Source: Candidatus Pacearchaeota archaeon
GTDB lineage: Archaea; Nanobdellota; Nanobdellia; Pacearchaeales; JAPDKA01
Assembly: GCA_038890875.1 (NCBI GenBank)
Contig: JAWAFA010000001.1
Span: 258,617 to 322,616, forward strand
Direction: 5' to 3'
DNA length: 64,000 nucleotides
The notes beneath the pieces were generated by a model. That model was not told where the DNA came from. It did no database searches and was given only the letters and a program-made list of their open reading frames with translations. This document shows, in pieces, positions 36,816 to 45,657 of this stretch (position 1 is the stretch's first letter; the number at the start of each line of letters is the position of its first letter). Made by a program: the position numbers and the translations under genes.

Positions 36816-38060
36816 TTACATTTTCTTTACTATCCTTTCGACATCACTATCCATCCCCTTTTTTTTATAATATTCAATAACTTTCTGGTATAACTCTCTA
36901 GCTTTTTCGATCATGCCAGCATCGTTGGCCATATCAGCTATTTTTTCATAGTTTTCAATAACTTTCTTATACAACTCTTCAACCTTCTCTTCCATACCAT
37001 ATTCACTCGCTAATTTGAAGGCATTATCAAACATCCCCGCTTTTTCATAAATCTCGACAGCCTTTTCACCCATTTTTGCCTCAATTGCAATTCTTACAGC
37101 ATCATCAATCCTTCCTTTTTTCTCATAATCTTCAATAGCCTCCTTATACAACTCTTTTGCTTTTTCTTCATTTCCCTTCTCTTTAGCTAATCTAGCAGCA
37201 ACATCTTTAAATCCTGCTTCTTCATAATCCTTAATTGCTCTCTCTATCATATTAGCTTCAAGAGCTATCTTTGCAGCATAAACAAACATTCCTTTTTTCT
37301 CATAATCTTCAATAGCCTCCTTATACAACTCTTTTGCTTTTTCTTCATTTCCCTTCTCTTTAGCTAATCTAGCAGCAACATCTTTAAATCCTGCTTCTTC
37401 ATAATCCTTAATTGCTCTCTCTATCATATTAGCTTCAAGAGCTATCTTTGCAGCATAAACAAACATTCCTTTTTTCTCATAATCTTCAATAGCTTTAAGA
37501 TAAAATTGCTGAGCTATACCTTTAATACCTGCCTCAAGAGCTATCTTTGCAGCCTCATAAAACCTCTTTTTGTCCTTATACCCCTCAATAACTTTCTTAT
37601 ATAACTCTTCAGCCTTATCCTTCATACCATGCTCACTAGCAACTTTAGCAGCAATATAAGTTAACCCTGCTTTTTCATAAATCTCGACAGCCTTTTCACC
37701 CATTTTTGCCTCAATTGCAATTCTTACAGCATCATCAATCCTTCCTTTTTTCTCATAATCTTCAATAGCCTTTAGATACAACTCTTTTGCTTTTTCTTTC
37801 ATCTCAATTTTACTTGCTATCTTTGCACTATCATAAAACTTCCCTTTACTTTCATAATACTTAATAACTACTTGATAGAGTTTTTTAGCTATTTCTTTCA
37901 TCCCTAAATTAAGAGCAATAGTAGCGGCTTCTTCGCAATCTTTAATAATTTCCGCACGTAACTTTTCGGCTCTCTCAGTCATCCCTATTGAAAGCGCAAA
38001 TTTAACTGATTTTTCACGTTCTTTAATAGATTTAAGCATTTGCTCTAGGTCGGCTTTCAT
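36816..38060 (-). CDS. Alpha-helical tandem-repeat protein (~38-aa Sel1/TPR-like units).
   Basis: Repeats of A.KIA.EA.M.E.A...YEKAG...AA.LA.E.G.EEKA.ELYK.AIEDYEKKG, with two 59-aa blocks that are identical at the protein level. Confidence 0.55.
   Translation of the reverse strand: MKADLEQMLKSIKEREKSVKFALSIGMTERAEKLRAEIIKDCEEAATIALNLGMKEIAKKLYQVVIKYYESKGKFYDSAKIASKIEMKEKAKELYLKAIEDYEKKGRIDDAVRIAIEAKMGEKAVEIYEKAGLTYIAAKVASEHGMKDKAEELYKKVIEGYKDKKRFYEAAKIALEAGIKGIAQQFYLKAIEDYEKKGMFVYAAKIALEANMIERAIKDYEEAGFKDVAARLAKEKGNEEKAKELYKEAIEDYEKKGMFVYAAKIALEANMIERAIKDYEEAGFKDVAARLAKEKGNEEKAKELYKEAIEDYEKKGRIDDAVRIAIEAKMGEKAVEIYEKAGMFDNAFKLASEYGMEEKVEELYKKVIENYEKIADMANDAGMIEKARELYQKVIEYYKKKGMDSDVERIVKKM
37140..37495. 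repeat. Near-perfect tandem duplication (~177-bp unit x2) within the helical-repeat gene.
   Basis: The sequence ...ttcaatagcctccttatacaactcttttgctttttcttcatttcccttctctttagctaatctagcagcaacatctttaaatcctgc... recurs identically starting ~177 bp later. Confidence 0.8.
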
Positions 38061-38179
38061 AACTAAATTAAAAATAAATTATTTATAAATCTTTTTGCTA
38101 CTCTAAATTAGTAACTTAATCAAAATCAATAAAAACAATCGAGCATAAAAATTTAAATGTAAACTCTAAGTATATAATA

Positions 38180-38506
38180 ATGAAAAATAAAAAGGCGATT
38201 TCATTCCTTTTTCAGATAATCATAGAAATCTTAATAATAACTATTGTTTTTGCTTTATTAGCTTTTTTTGTTGTTTCTTCCCAAGGACTTGATACAAAAA
38301 AAGTAGCATTATCAGAGCTTAGCTTTTTTGTTTCAATGTTTGACGACGTCGAAGTTAATATAAATTCAAGTGAATTTAATGTTAGCGAGCTTAGCTATGA
38401 AACCAACTCTTTTGTTCTATCAATTTCTCCGATTATAAAATATAGAAGCCCTGTCTATGTAAAGAAAGAGATAGATTTAATTGATGGCAATCTAAGAATA
38501 AAATGA
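38180..38506 (+). CDS. Pilin-like protein with a class III signal peptide.
   Basis: N-terminus MKNKKA/ISFLFQIIIEILIITIVFALLAFFVV. First gene of a four-gene overlapping operon. Confidence 0.45.
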   Translation: MKNKKAISFLFQIIIEILIITIVFALLAFFVVSSQGLDTKKVALSELSFFVSMFDDVEVNINSSEFNVSELSYETNSFVLSISPIIKYRSPVYVKKEIDLIDGNLRIK

Positions 38507-38901
38507 AAGAAAAAAAAGCACAACTTCTTGGAAGCGAATACTTGTTATGGATTTATAGATTCTTTTTAATCTCTCTTGTTGCTTTAGGTACCGTTATCAT
38601 AGTTGCTAAATATAATAGCATTGAGCTTGATAAAAAACCTCTAATAGCAAGCCAGCTGCTCAATGCAGTTCTTGAATGTAAAGAAGAAAATAAATTAAAC
38701 TGTATTTTTTATAATCAAATTTATGATATTTATGTTTCTTACGATAAAAAAGAAATTGGTAAAAAAGATTTAATTATTTTGTGCGAGGCTAAAGAATCTG
38801 GAGTTGAAATACCAAATATAGATTTATTCTGTAAGAACTATAAAATAATTGTTGCTAATAAAATAAAAAATTTAAAGATAGCAATAGCAAGTGAAAAATG
38901 A
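38503..38901 (+). CDS. Pilin-like protein with a class III signal peptide.
   Basis: N-terminus MKEKKAQ/LLGSEYLLWIYRFFLISLVALGTVII. ATGA overlap with both neighbours. Confidence 0.45.
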   Translation: MKEKKAQLLGSEYLLWIYRFFLISLVALGTVIIVAKYNSIELDKKPLIASQLLNAVLECKEENKLNCIFYNQIYDIYVSYDKKEIGKKDLIILCEAKESGVEIPNIDLFCKNYKIIVANKIKNLKIAIASEK

Positions 38902-39383
38902 AAACAGCAAAAAAAGCCAAAAGAGCACAAACAAGCGTCTTTGGTTTAATTTTAGCAACTTTTATTCTTATCTTTTTAATAATCATTTACCTTCTTTTTT
39001 CAGTATTCTATAAAGGAATAAATGAGAAAAAAAATTTAAAAATAACTGAACAGCTTGATGAAAAAATTTTATCTTACTATTTACTTGATGCAATGTTCAC
39101 TGAACTAGATGCAAGCACAATGCAAAAAATTTATGATCAGAGTAAGATGAAATATAATTTGTCTAACTTTGCCGAGCTATTTTATGCATACTATTCATCT
39201 AAAGATGATGAAAAGCTTATAGAAAATATAATTAATAAAAAGCTTGATGAGTTGGAACTTTCTGATTATACTTTACAATTTGAAATTATTAAAATCGATA
39301 AAATTGATAAGAGAGAAGGAGCAAGAGTTTTTCTTCCTTTTTCAAATTCAAGCGTAATCGAAATTAATCTAATAAAAAAATAA
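38898..39383 (+). CDS. Pilin-like protein with a class III signal peptide.
   Basis: N-terminus MKTAKKAKRAQ/TSVFGLILATFILIFLIIIYLLF. Confidence 0.5.
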   Translation: MKTAKKAKRAQTSVFGLILATFILIFLIIIYLLFSVFYKGINEKKNLKITEQLDEKILSYYLLDAMFTELDASTMQKIYDQSKMKYNLSNFAELFYAYYSSKDDEKLIENIINKKLDELELSDYTLQFEIIKIDKIDKREGARVFLPFSNSSVIEINLIKK

Positions 39384-39390
39384 ACTTAAA

Positions 39391-40134
39391 ATGAAAAGCA
39401 AAAACAAGGAAGGAGGCAAAAGAGGATTTGCACTTTTTCCTTGGTTAATTATAATAGTTGCCCTGGTAATATTTAATATTGCTTCTTTTATTCTTCTTGA
39501 AAAAACAAAGGAAAAGATAAAAAGTATAGAAAATCTTGATGAAGTTATTGATTACTCTTGGTTTATCAAAAATTATGAGAGATTTTTAAATTTATCTTAT
39601 GAACTAGCTTATGCTCAAGCTTTGAACGATCTTTCTCATATGCCCAGTTTTGATTGTGAAATTATCCAAATTAGTGGCGAAACTTTTTTTTCTCTTGAGA
39701 AGTGTAAGTTAGATCAAGATTTATTTCTCAACAATTTTAAACAGAGATTTAATGAGCACATTAATTCATTTTCTACTCTTACCAATGCTAAAAGTGAATG
39801 TAATTTTGATAATAATAAGGTAGATTGTCAATTAACTTTTAATAAAACATTTGAGCTAAATTTTTTAAATCTGACAACAAAAAAAGTTGTTAAATTTGAA
39901 AGAGCGATTGATCTTAGCTATATAAACAACCTAGAAGAAGCGAGAAAAGAAGTTCTTGAAAAAATAAAAGCAATAAAAATAGCCGAAACAGAGCAATCTA
40001 TACCTAAAAAATATTCCATTAAAATTGAATTAATTTCAGGAAGGCAGAAGATTACATTTTTAACAAAAAAATTTTTCTTGGTTGAAAATGACAAAGTTTT
40101 ATATAAGGAAATTCCTTTAATTTTTATTTATTAA
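39391..40134 (+). CDS. Pilin-like protein with a class III signal peptide (largest subunit, possibly a tip or minor pilin).
   Basis: N-terminus MKSKNKEGGKRG/FALFPWLIIIVALVIFNIASFILL. This is a textbook [KR]-G-[F]-hydrophobic prepilin-peptidase site. Confidence 0.55.
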   Translation: MKSKNKEGGKRGFALFPWLIIIVALVIFNIASFILLEKTKEKIKSIENLDEVIDYSWFIKNYERFLNLSYELAYAQALNDLSHMPSFDCEIIQISGETFFSLEKCKLDQDLFLNNFKQRFNEHINSFSTLTNAKSECNFDNNKVDCQLTFNKTFELNFLNLTTKKVVKFERAIDLSYINNLEEARKEVLEKIKAIKIAETEQSIPKKYSIKIELISGRQKITFLTKKFFLVENDKVLYKEIPLIFIY

Positions 40135-40135
40135 A

Positions 40136-41077
40136 ATGATAAATGCAAAAATTGATGAGATTATTGAGAAAATAGCAAAGATTGCAAAGACTGATAAAGA
40201 GGAAGTTAAACGAAGAATCGAAGCTAAGAAGGCAGCACTTAGTGGGCTTATAAGCTACGAGGGAGCAGCCCAGATTGTTGCTGCCGAGCTCGGAATAAAG
40301 TTTGATAGTATAAAACTAAACATTGCTGATTTGCTTCCTGGAATGAGGCATATCAATGTGATTGGTAAAATTATTGAGCTTTACAAAATTCAAAAATTTG
40401 TTAGAGGTGGTAAAGAGCAAAAACTTGCTTCCTTTCTTTTTGCTGATGCTACAGATTGCATTCGTGTTGTTCTCTGGGATACGAAACATATTGCTTTGAT
40501 CGAAGAAGGAAAATTAAAAGAAGGAGATACTGTAGAGATTAGTAAAGCATATGTTAGAGGGGATGTTAACAGCAAAGAGTTACATTTAACTGGCATTTCC
40601 GATATTTCTTTATCAAGTATCAAGCTAGAACAAACAATTAACAAAGAAACAAGACCATTTCGTTTTATAAATCAATTAACAACAAACTCAAGGGTTAAGA
40701 TAAAAGCAAATATTGTTCATGCTTTCAAACCAATGATTTATGATTTTTGCCCTATTTGTAACAAAAAAGCAGGAAATTGTGAGCATGAAAGCTTTGAAAA
40801 ACGTATTGTTTTTGCCTTTATTGTTGATGATGGTACTAGTAATATTAGATGCATTGCATTTACACCAATAGCAATGAAAATTTTAGGTTTAGCAAACAAA
40901 ATCGAAGATCTCGAAGTTGAAGCAAGGCTTGTTGATTTACTTGGCGAGGAATTTTGGCTTACTGGTCGCGTGCGAAAAAATACTTTTCGTGATGCTCTCG
41001 AACTAGTAGTTGAAGATGCCGAGCAAGTTGATGTTAAAGAATTAATTGAAAAGCTGCAGAGTTCGTCTCTAAAATGA
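40136..41077 (+). CDS. rpa: RPA-like single-stranded-DNA-binding protein (OB folds plus a C4-type zinc ribbon).
   Basis: OB-fold-like segments (…HINVIGKIIELYKIQKF…ASFLFADATDCIRVVLWD…GDTVEISKAYVRG). Zinc motif CPICNKKAGNCEHE. Confidence 0.5.
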   Translation: MINAKIDEIIEKIAKIAKTDKEEVKRRIEAKKAALSGLISYEGAAQIVAAELGIKFDSIKLNIADLLPGMRHINVIGKIIELYKIQKFVRGGKEQKLASFLFADATDCIRVVLWDTKHIALIEEGKLKEGDTVEISKAYVRGDVNSKELHLTGISDISLSSIKLEQTINKETRPFRFINQLTTNSRVKIKANIVHAFKPMIYDFCPICNKKAGNCEHESFEKRIVFAFIVDDGTSNIRCIAFTPIAMKILGLANKIEDLEVEARLVDLLGEEFWLTGRVRKNTFRDALELVVEDAEQVDVKELIEKLQSSSLK

Positions 41078-41379
41078 AAATTGCTTTAGTTGGAACTCAT
41101 GGAGTAGGAAAAACAACTGCAGCCCATGAAATTGTTGCTTTACTGAAAAAGAATTCTCTTGATGCAGGTTACCTAGAAGAAGTAGCAAGGAAATGTCCTT
41201 TACCGATAAACGAAGAAACAACTAAAGAAAGTCAAAAATGGATTTTTTATACACATTTAGCTTATGAGATAGAGCTTAAAACAAGATATTCTATTCTAGT
41301 ATGTATAGATCATTACTTGACATTTATGCCTATTATTTCAGAAAATTTGGCAGCAATAAAGCTATGGAATCTGTTTTAA
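41074..41379 (+). CDS. P-loop NTPase, THEP1-like (N-terminal part), possibly frameshifted into the next ORF.
   Basis: Walker A MKIALVGTHGVGKTT at the extreme N-terminus, as in archaeal ~175-aa NTPases. Only 101 aa before the stop. Confidence 0.5.
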   Translation: MKIALVGTHGVGKTTAAHEIVALLKKNSLDAGYLEEVARKCPLPINEETTKESQKWIFYTHLAYEIELKTRYSILVCIDHYLTFMPIISENLAAIKLWNLF

Positions 41380-41600
41380 GAGAAAATCTTCCTTCTTATG
41401 ATTCTCTCTTCTATATACCATTAAAAAAATTCAAAAGAGAACCACAAAAAGATAAAGCAAGATCGACTAATAAAAAATTTCAGGAAGAAATTGATATAAT
41501 AATAAGAAATTTTTTTGAAAAGTTTAAGGTTGACTATTCAGAATATAAAAATGCAGAAGATGCAGTAGAGAAAATAAAAGCTACTCTTCTTTGTCACTAA
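41301..41600 (+). CDS. Hypothetical ORF overlapping the NTPase ORF in a different frame. Possible C-terminal part of the same frameshifted gene.
   Basis: 99-aa ORF overlaps 41301-41379 with the upstream gene. The combined length (~175 aa) matches a single small NTPase. Confidence 0.3.
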   Translation: MYRSLLDIYAYYFRKFGSNKAMESVLRENLPSYDSLFYIPLKKFKREPQKDKARSTNKKFQEEIDIIIRNFFEKFKVDYSEYKNAEDAVEKIKATLLCH

Positions 41601-42549
41601 CTCCATACTGAGTTATAAAAAAAACTGTTTCATTATCGGGAAGATTTGGGCTATCTATAAGCTTAACTATTCTACTATTTGATTTGCCGCGCCTAAAATA
41701 AAGCCTGTAAGTTGAGGCATGCCCAACTATATGGCCACCTATAGCTCTTGTTGGATCACCAAACATCATTGCTGGATCAGCCATAACTTGGTTTGTAACA
41801 TAAACAGCAAGATTATATTGTTCAGCTAGTCGCATTAAAATATGTAAATATTTGTTTAATTTTTGCTGTCTATCAGCGAGAGTACCTCGTCCTGTATATT
41901 CAGCTCTAAAATGACTTGTCAATGAATCTACAATGACTAATTTAATTGGCTCACCTTCTCTCAACATTTCTTGAACTTTATCAAGCAACAATATTTGATG
42001 GTCACTATTAAAAGCCCGAGCAACATAAATATTATTAAGAGTTTTTTCAGGATCAAGGCCTTTAGCTAGAGCCATTTGTTTAATCCGCTCTGGTCTAAAT
42101 GTACCTTCAGTATCTATATAAATTGCCTTTCCATTTGCTCCTCCTTCTTCGAGTGACATTTGCACATTGACAGCAAGTTGATGGGCGACTTGTGTTTTGC
42201 CAGAACCAAAAGCACCAAAAGCTTCAGTTATTGCTTTAGTCTCAACACCTCCTCCTAATAAATTATCAAAGTTCTTGCTATTTGTTGTTATTTTTATTAT
42301 CTCTTTTCTTCTTCTCTCATAAGCAACACCAGTATCGAAATCAAGTTTTAACAACTTTCTTGCTGCAGCAATAATCTTTCGCGCCACTCCTTCAGAAACA
42401 TCAATAGCAGTTCCGAGTTCTGCTGGCGGCATTACTGCAATTGCCATCAGATCAGTAAAACCAGCATCTTCGAGCTTTTTAGCAATAGTGCTTCCAACTC
42501 CAGGCAAATCTTTTATTTCATACTCCTTTTCTTTTGCCTTTTCAGCCAT
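41581..42549 (-). CDS. radA: DNA repair and recombination protein RadA.
   Basis: N-terminal HhH ([17 protein letters not shown]). Walker [10 protein letters not shown]. RecA-fold core. 322 aa. Confidence 0.9.
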   Translation of the reverse strand: MAEKAKEKEYEIKDLPGVGSTIAKKLEDAGFTDLMAIAVMPPAELGTAIDVSEGVARKIIAAARKLLKLDFDTGVAYERRRKEIIKITTNSKNFDNLLGGGVETKAITEAFGAFGSGKTQVAHQLAVNVQMSLEEGGANGKAIYIDTEGTFRPERIKQMALAKGLDPEKTLNNIYVARAFNSDHQILLLDKVQEMLREGEPIKLVIVDSLTSHFRAEYTGRGTLADRQQKLNKYLHILMRLAEQYNLAVYVTNQVMADPAMMFGDPTRAIGGHIVGHASTYRLYFRRGKSNSRIVKLIDSPNLPDNETVFFITQYGVSDKEE

Positions 42550-42612
42550 AACTCAAAAAAACTCTTTTTATTTATAAAGCTTGTTTATTTTTTTCGCTAC
42601 CATACATGAATA

Positions 42613-43638
42613 TCATTTATGCCTCTTTTTCTTTCTATTTTTGGTTTTTTTATATCTGCAATAGCCTTTTTTTCCCTCATTTTTTACTAGCATCATTGCT
42701 TCATCGGCATGTTTTAAGAGCTCTAGCATAGAATTGGCATCATAGCCATAGGTCGCACAACCTACACTAACTCCTATTTTGCCTCTGAACTCTCGCACTT
42801 CTTTCGCAAATTCAATTGTTGCATAATTACTGACCTCTTTGACAATTCTTCGTGCAATTTTATCAACTTCTTTTGGAGAAGCTTCTGGGATGATAATTAC
42901 AAACTCATCCCCTCTGTAACGCCTTCCTAAAGTATCTATAGAACGACAATATTTTCTTAAACCTTCAGCAATTAACTTTAATGCTAGATCGCCTCTTAGA
43001 TGATTATAGTTATCATTTATAGCTTTAAAATTATCAACATCTATGAAAAGAAGTGAGACATATTTTTTCTTTTTGCTTCTTTTTGCTCGCTCTACTTCTT
43101 TTTTTAATTGTTCGATTATATATCTTTCATTAAACAAGCCTGTTAATGAGTCAATCATCACCTCACGCTTCAATGATTCGATTTCTTTTGTTTGTCTTGC
43201 TCCAAGAAGATGTACTAATTTCTCAATTCTTTTCATTTCTTTTAGTACTTCATAGGCTTCTACCCTACTTTTCTTAAAAAAATAAAACTTTAATTTTGAT
43301 ATCCCATCAGTAATTTTTGGAGCAACATAACTTAACATTATATCTGCAAATTGGTTTTTCCTTGCCCTTTCTTCTTCATGATTATTTGAATCTATTTCTG
43401 ACATTAGGGTATACTGCCTTTTCATTATTGTTCTAAGATTGCCTATAAGCTCTCTAAGCATTATTCTAGCATTTATATAATCTTCATAAGTAAATTTTTT
43501 AGAGTAGTGTGCATACTGCATATTCAAACTATCACTCTCTTCTTGGATGCCCTTTAATTCCTTCAAAAATCTTTCTACATAAATTCTTACTTTTTTGTCT
43601 GCACTTTTTAACATCTCTTCAAAAACCTTATTTTTCAT
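42613..43638 (-). CDS. GGDEF-domain protein (diguanylate-cyclase fold) with a degenerate active-site motif and an N-terminal coiled-coil region.
   Basis: DSLTGLFNERYI..., FIDVDNFKAINDNYNHLRGDLAL, and RYRGDEFVII where RYGGEEF is expected (the first Gly is replaced by Arg). No TM. Confidence 0.65.
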   Translation of the reverse strand: MKNKVFEEMLKSADKKVRIYVERFLKELKGIQEESDSLNMQYAHYSKKFTYEDYINARIMLRELIGNLRTIMKRQYTLMSEIDSNNHEEERARKNQFADIMLSYVAPKITDGISKLKFYFFKKSRVEAYEVLKEMKRIEKLVHLLGARQTKEIESLKREVMIDSLTGLFNERYIIEQLKKEVERAKRSKKKKYVSLLFIDVDNFKAINDNYNHLRGDLALKLIAEGLRKYCRSIDTLGRRYRGDEFVIIIPEASPKEVDKIARRIVKEVSNYATIEFAKEVREFRGKIGVSVGCATYGYDANSMLELLKHADEAMMLVKNEGKKGYCRYKKTKNRKKKRHK

Positions 43639-43714
43639 TTTTTTATAAAAGTTAAATTTAATTTTATTTATAAATTTTTTGCTTAATTACTATCTAATAA
43701 TGATAACAAAATCA

Positions 43715-43786
43715 TGCCCCCACGAGGATTCGAACCTCGATTTCAGGCTCCGCAAGCCCGCGTTCTATCCGTTGAACTATGGGGGC
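43715..43786 (-). tRNA. tRNA-Arg (anticodon GCG).
   Basis: Reverse complement folds as follows. Acceptor GCCCCCA/UGGGGGC. D-arm GUUC-AACGGAUA-GAAC. Anticodon stem CGGGC/GCCUG with loop UUGCGGA. T-arm CGAGG-UUCGAAU-CCUCG. Confidence 0.85.
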
Positions 43787-43921
43787 TGAAGCTCTGCCGG
43801 CTCGAAACCTGAACAATAGCTGACTAAATTTAAAGGCATTAAACTTTAAAAATGCGAGCAGTATTTTTCTTTTTTTCATTTTGAATAAAGTATGTCATAA
43901 TCCCAAAAGATATTAAAAATA

Positions 43922-44407
43922 TTAAAACTCTGAGGAGTTTTCATAGCACAACAAGCCCAACAAGCCTTTTGTGCCTATAGCAATAAAATTAACGATAAAT
44001 ACAATAAGCATGCTTAGTGTTAATAAATCAACTATGAAGCAATATCTACATATCGCCTTTATTACAAAAAACTGCAAAAATAAAAGATAGAGCGAGAATA
44101 ATGACATAGCGACTAGGAGAAAAAATATGGTTTTATTTTTAACATTGCTTGGATTTTTTATTTGGGCAGCACTTAATAAGACTAAAATTAAAAATGCAAG
44201 CATCCCTAAAACGCTTAAAGGTAGTCCTGCTATATCAGAGAAAGCGCTTGCATCAACAATTGCACAACCTCCCCCAATAAAACAAGAATCACTGGGCTTA
44301 ATTTTATTAATCTCTATATAGCCAGAAATAACTAGACTTATTATTGAAACAATTAATATGTATACTAGTGCAATTTTTTTTCTTTTTTTTGGTTCCGAGT
44401 ATTTCAT
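43922..44407 (-). CDS. Vitamin K epoxide reductase (VKOR)-family membrane thiol oxidoreductase.
   Basis: Polytopic membrane protein. A loop Cys pair (SDSCFIGGGCAIV) comes first, followed by an intramembrane CxxC (AICRYCFIV). This order is diagnostic of VKOR rather than DsbB. Confidence 0.55.
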   Translation of the reverse strand: MKYSEPKKRKKIALVYILIVSIISLVISGYIEINKIKPSDSCFIGGGCAIVDASAFSDIAGLPLSVLGMLAFLILVLLSAAQIKNPSNVKNKTIFFLLVAMSLFSLYLLFLQFFVIKAICRYCFIVDLLTLSMLIVFIVNFIAIGTKGLLGLLCYENSSEF

Positions 44408-44601
44408 ATAACTCTATGATTTTTAACTTTTTAAGCATTTTGGAAAAATTTGAAAATTATTACTATAGAGGTAATATAAAAATTAAGTAAATATAACGAA
44501 GCATATAAAAAATGAAAATGACAAAACTCAAACCGAAAGATTTATGAATTGTTACTACTTAGTAATAATATAAAATTAACAACGCGTAAATAAAAATAAA
44601 A

Positions 44602-45420
44602 ATGAGAATGAAAAAACTAAGCAATCTCATTACTGCGACTAGTCTAGCTGCTTTATTAGGTTATGCGCCGCTTTTGGCTGGTAATGGCTTTAGCAATGCC
44701 TTTGAAAAAGCTACACACTTTTTTATTAATTCAAATTCGCTACAATATGCAACTCAGAATGTAACTCAGAAAAGAAGCGATGGTGAAAAAGATTTAAGCC
44801 AATTTAACCAATTTAACTATTTAGACAGCAATTTAGGTGGAAAAAGCAAGCATTATTATGTTGATGCAAGCAGAGAGGAGAGCGAAGAAGAGCTAAAAAA
44901 GTTAATGTATAATGAATATGGAGTTGAGGAGGCATGGTTTTATGTTAAGGGCAGACTTCATGATGGCAAGCTCATTGAAAGATGGTTTGAATGTGGCGGA
45001 GATGAAACAGCTTTATTAATAAAAAAAATAATTAATCCAGGATTAGTAATAGATTACTTTACTAGCATAGAGAATTTTGTTAGTTACCATATTCATCCAG
45101 CCTGCGAGGCTAAGGAATTTTGCACGAGCAATTTTCCAAGCATGAAAGATCTTTATGCAGCCCTTTGGCTCAAGCAAATTATAACTTCAGAAGCCAAAAA
45201 GCGAGGAGTTTCAATTAAGAGCATAAGCTTTAGTATTGTGACACCGATTGGAATTTATGATATCGATGCCCCTGAAATTAATGATAATAATAAAGAAGAA
45301 ATAAAGTCAAGAATAATAAGTTATGGAGCAGAGCTTTTATTAAATAGCCCGGCTGATAATGAAAAAAATTTGGATAACTTACTAAGAAAATTGAGCTGGA
45401 TTGAGCTAAGGAAGCATTAA
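44602..45420 (+). CDS. Secreted hypothetical protein.
   Basis: Signal peptide (LITATSLAALLGYAPLLAG). 272 aa with no recognised domain. Confidence 0.4.
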   Translation: MRMKKLSNLITATSLAALLGYAPLLAGNGFSNAFEKATHFFINSNSLQYATQNVTQKRSDGEKDLSQFNQFNYLDSNLGGKSKHYYVDASREESEEELKKLMYNEYGVEEAWFYVKGRLHDGKLIERWFECGGDETALLIKKIINPGLVIDYFTSIENFVSYHIHPACEAKEFCTSNFPSMKDLYAALWLKQIITSEAKKRGVSIKSISFSIVTPIGIYDIDAPEINDNNKEEIKSRIISYGAELLLNSPADNEKNLDNLLRKLSWIELRKH

Positions 45421-45657
45421 AAATAAAAGAGTTGCCGCAGGCGGATTAGTTGCTTTGTTGGGTTGTGCACATATCAAAGCAAAACCGCCGATGGCATTAG
45501 CTTGCCAGCATGAATGAAAAATAAACAAGGCACATTTACACGCCATTATTTATCACAGTGCGCCATTTCTCGCCATTTATTGCCATTTATTGCATTGCTT
45601 AACTTACAAAATTGCTTAATTTACAAAAGTTTTTTAATTTGGTTTTTTTCTTTATTT

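Noticed and set aside
36816-38060. The possibility that the ~177-bp tandem repeats, or the 15-bp repeats at 18966-19170, are a CRISPR array.
   Set aside because: The repeats are directly abutting with no unique spacers and lie in-frame within long ORFs encoding helical or pentapeptide repeats. No cas genes are in the window.
45514-45657. A 48-aa N-terminal extension of the GlyRS ORF.
   Set aside because: The extension is hydrophobic and low-complexity and overlaps the repeat-rich leader. The conserved GlyRS N-terminus begins at the ATG at 45658.
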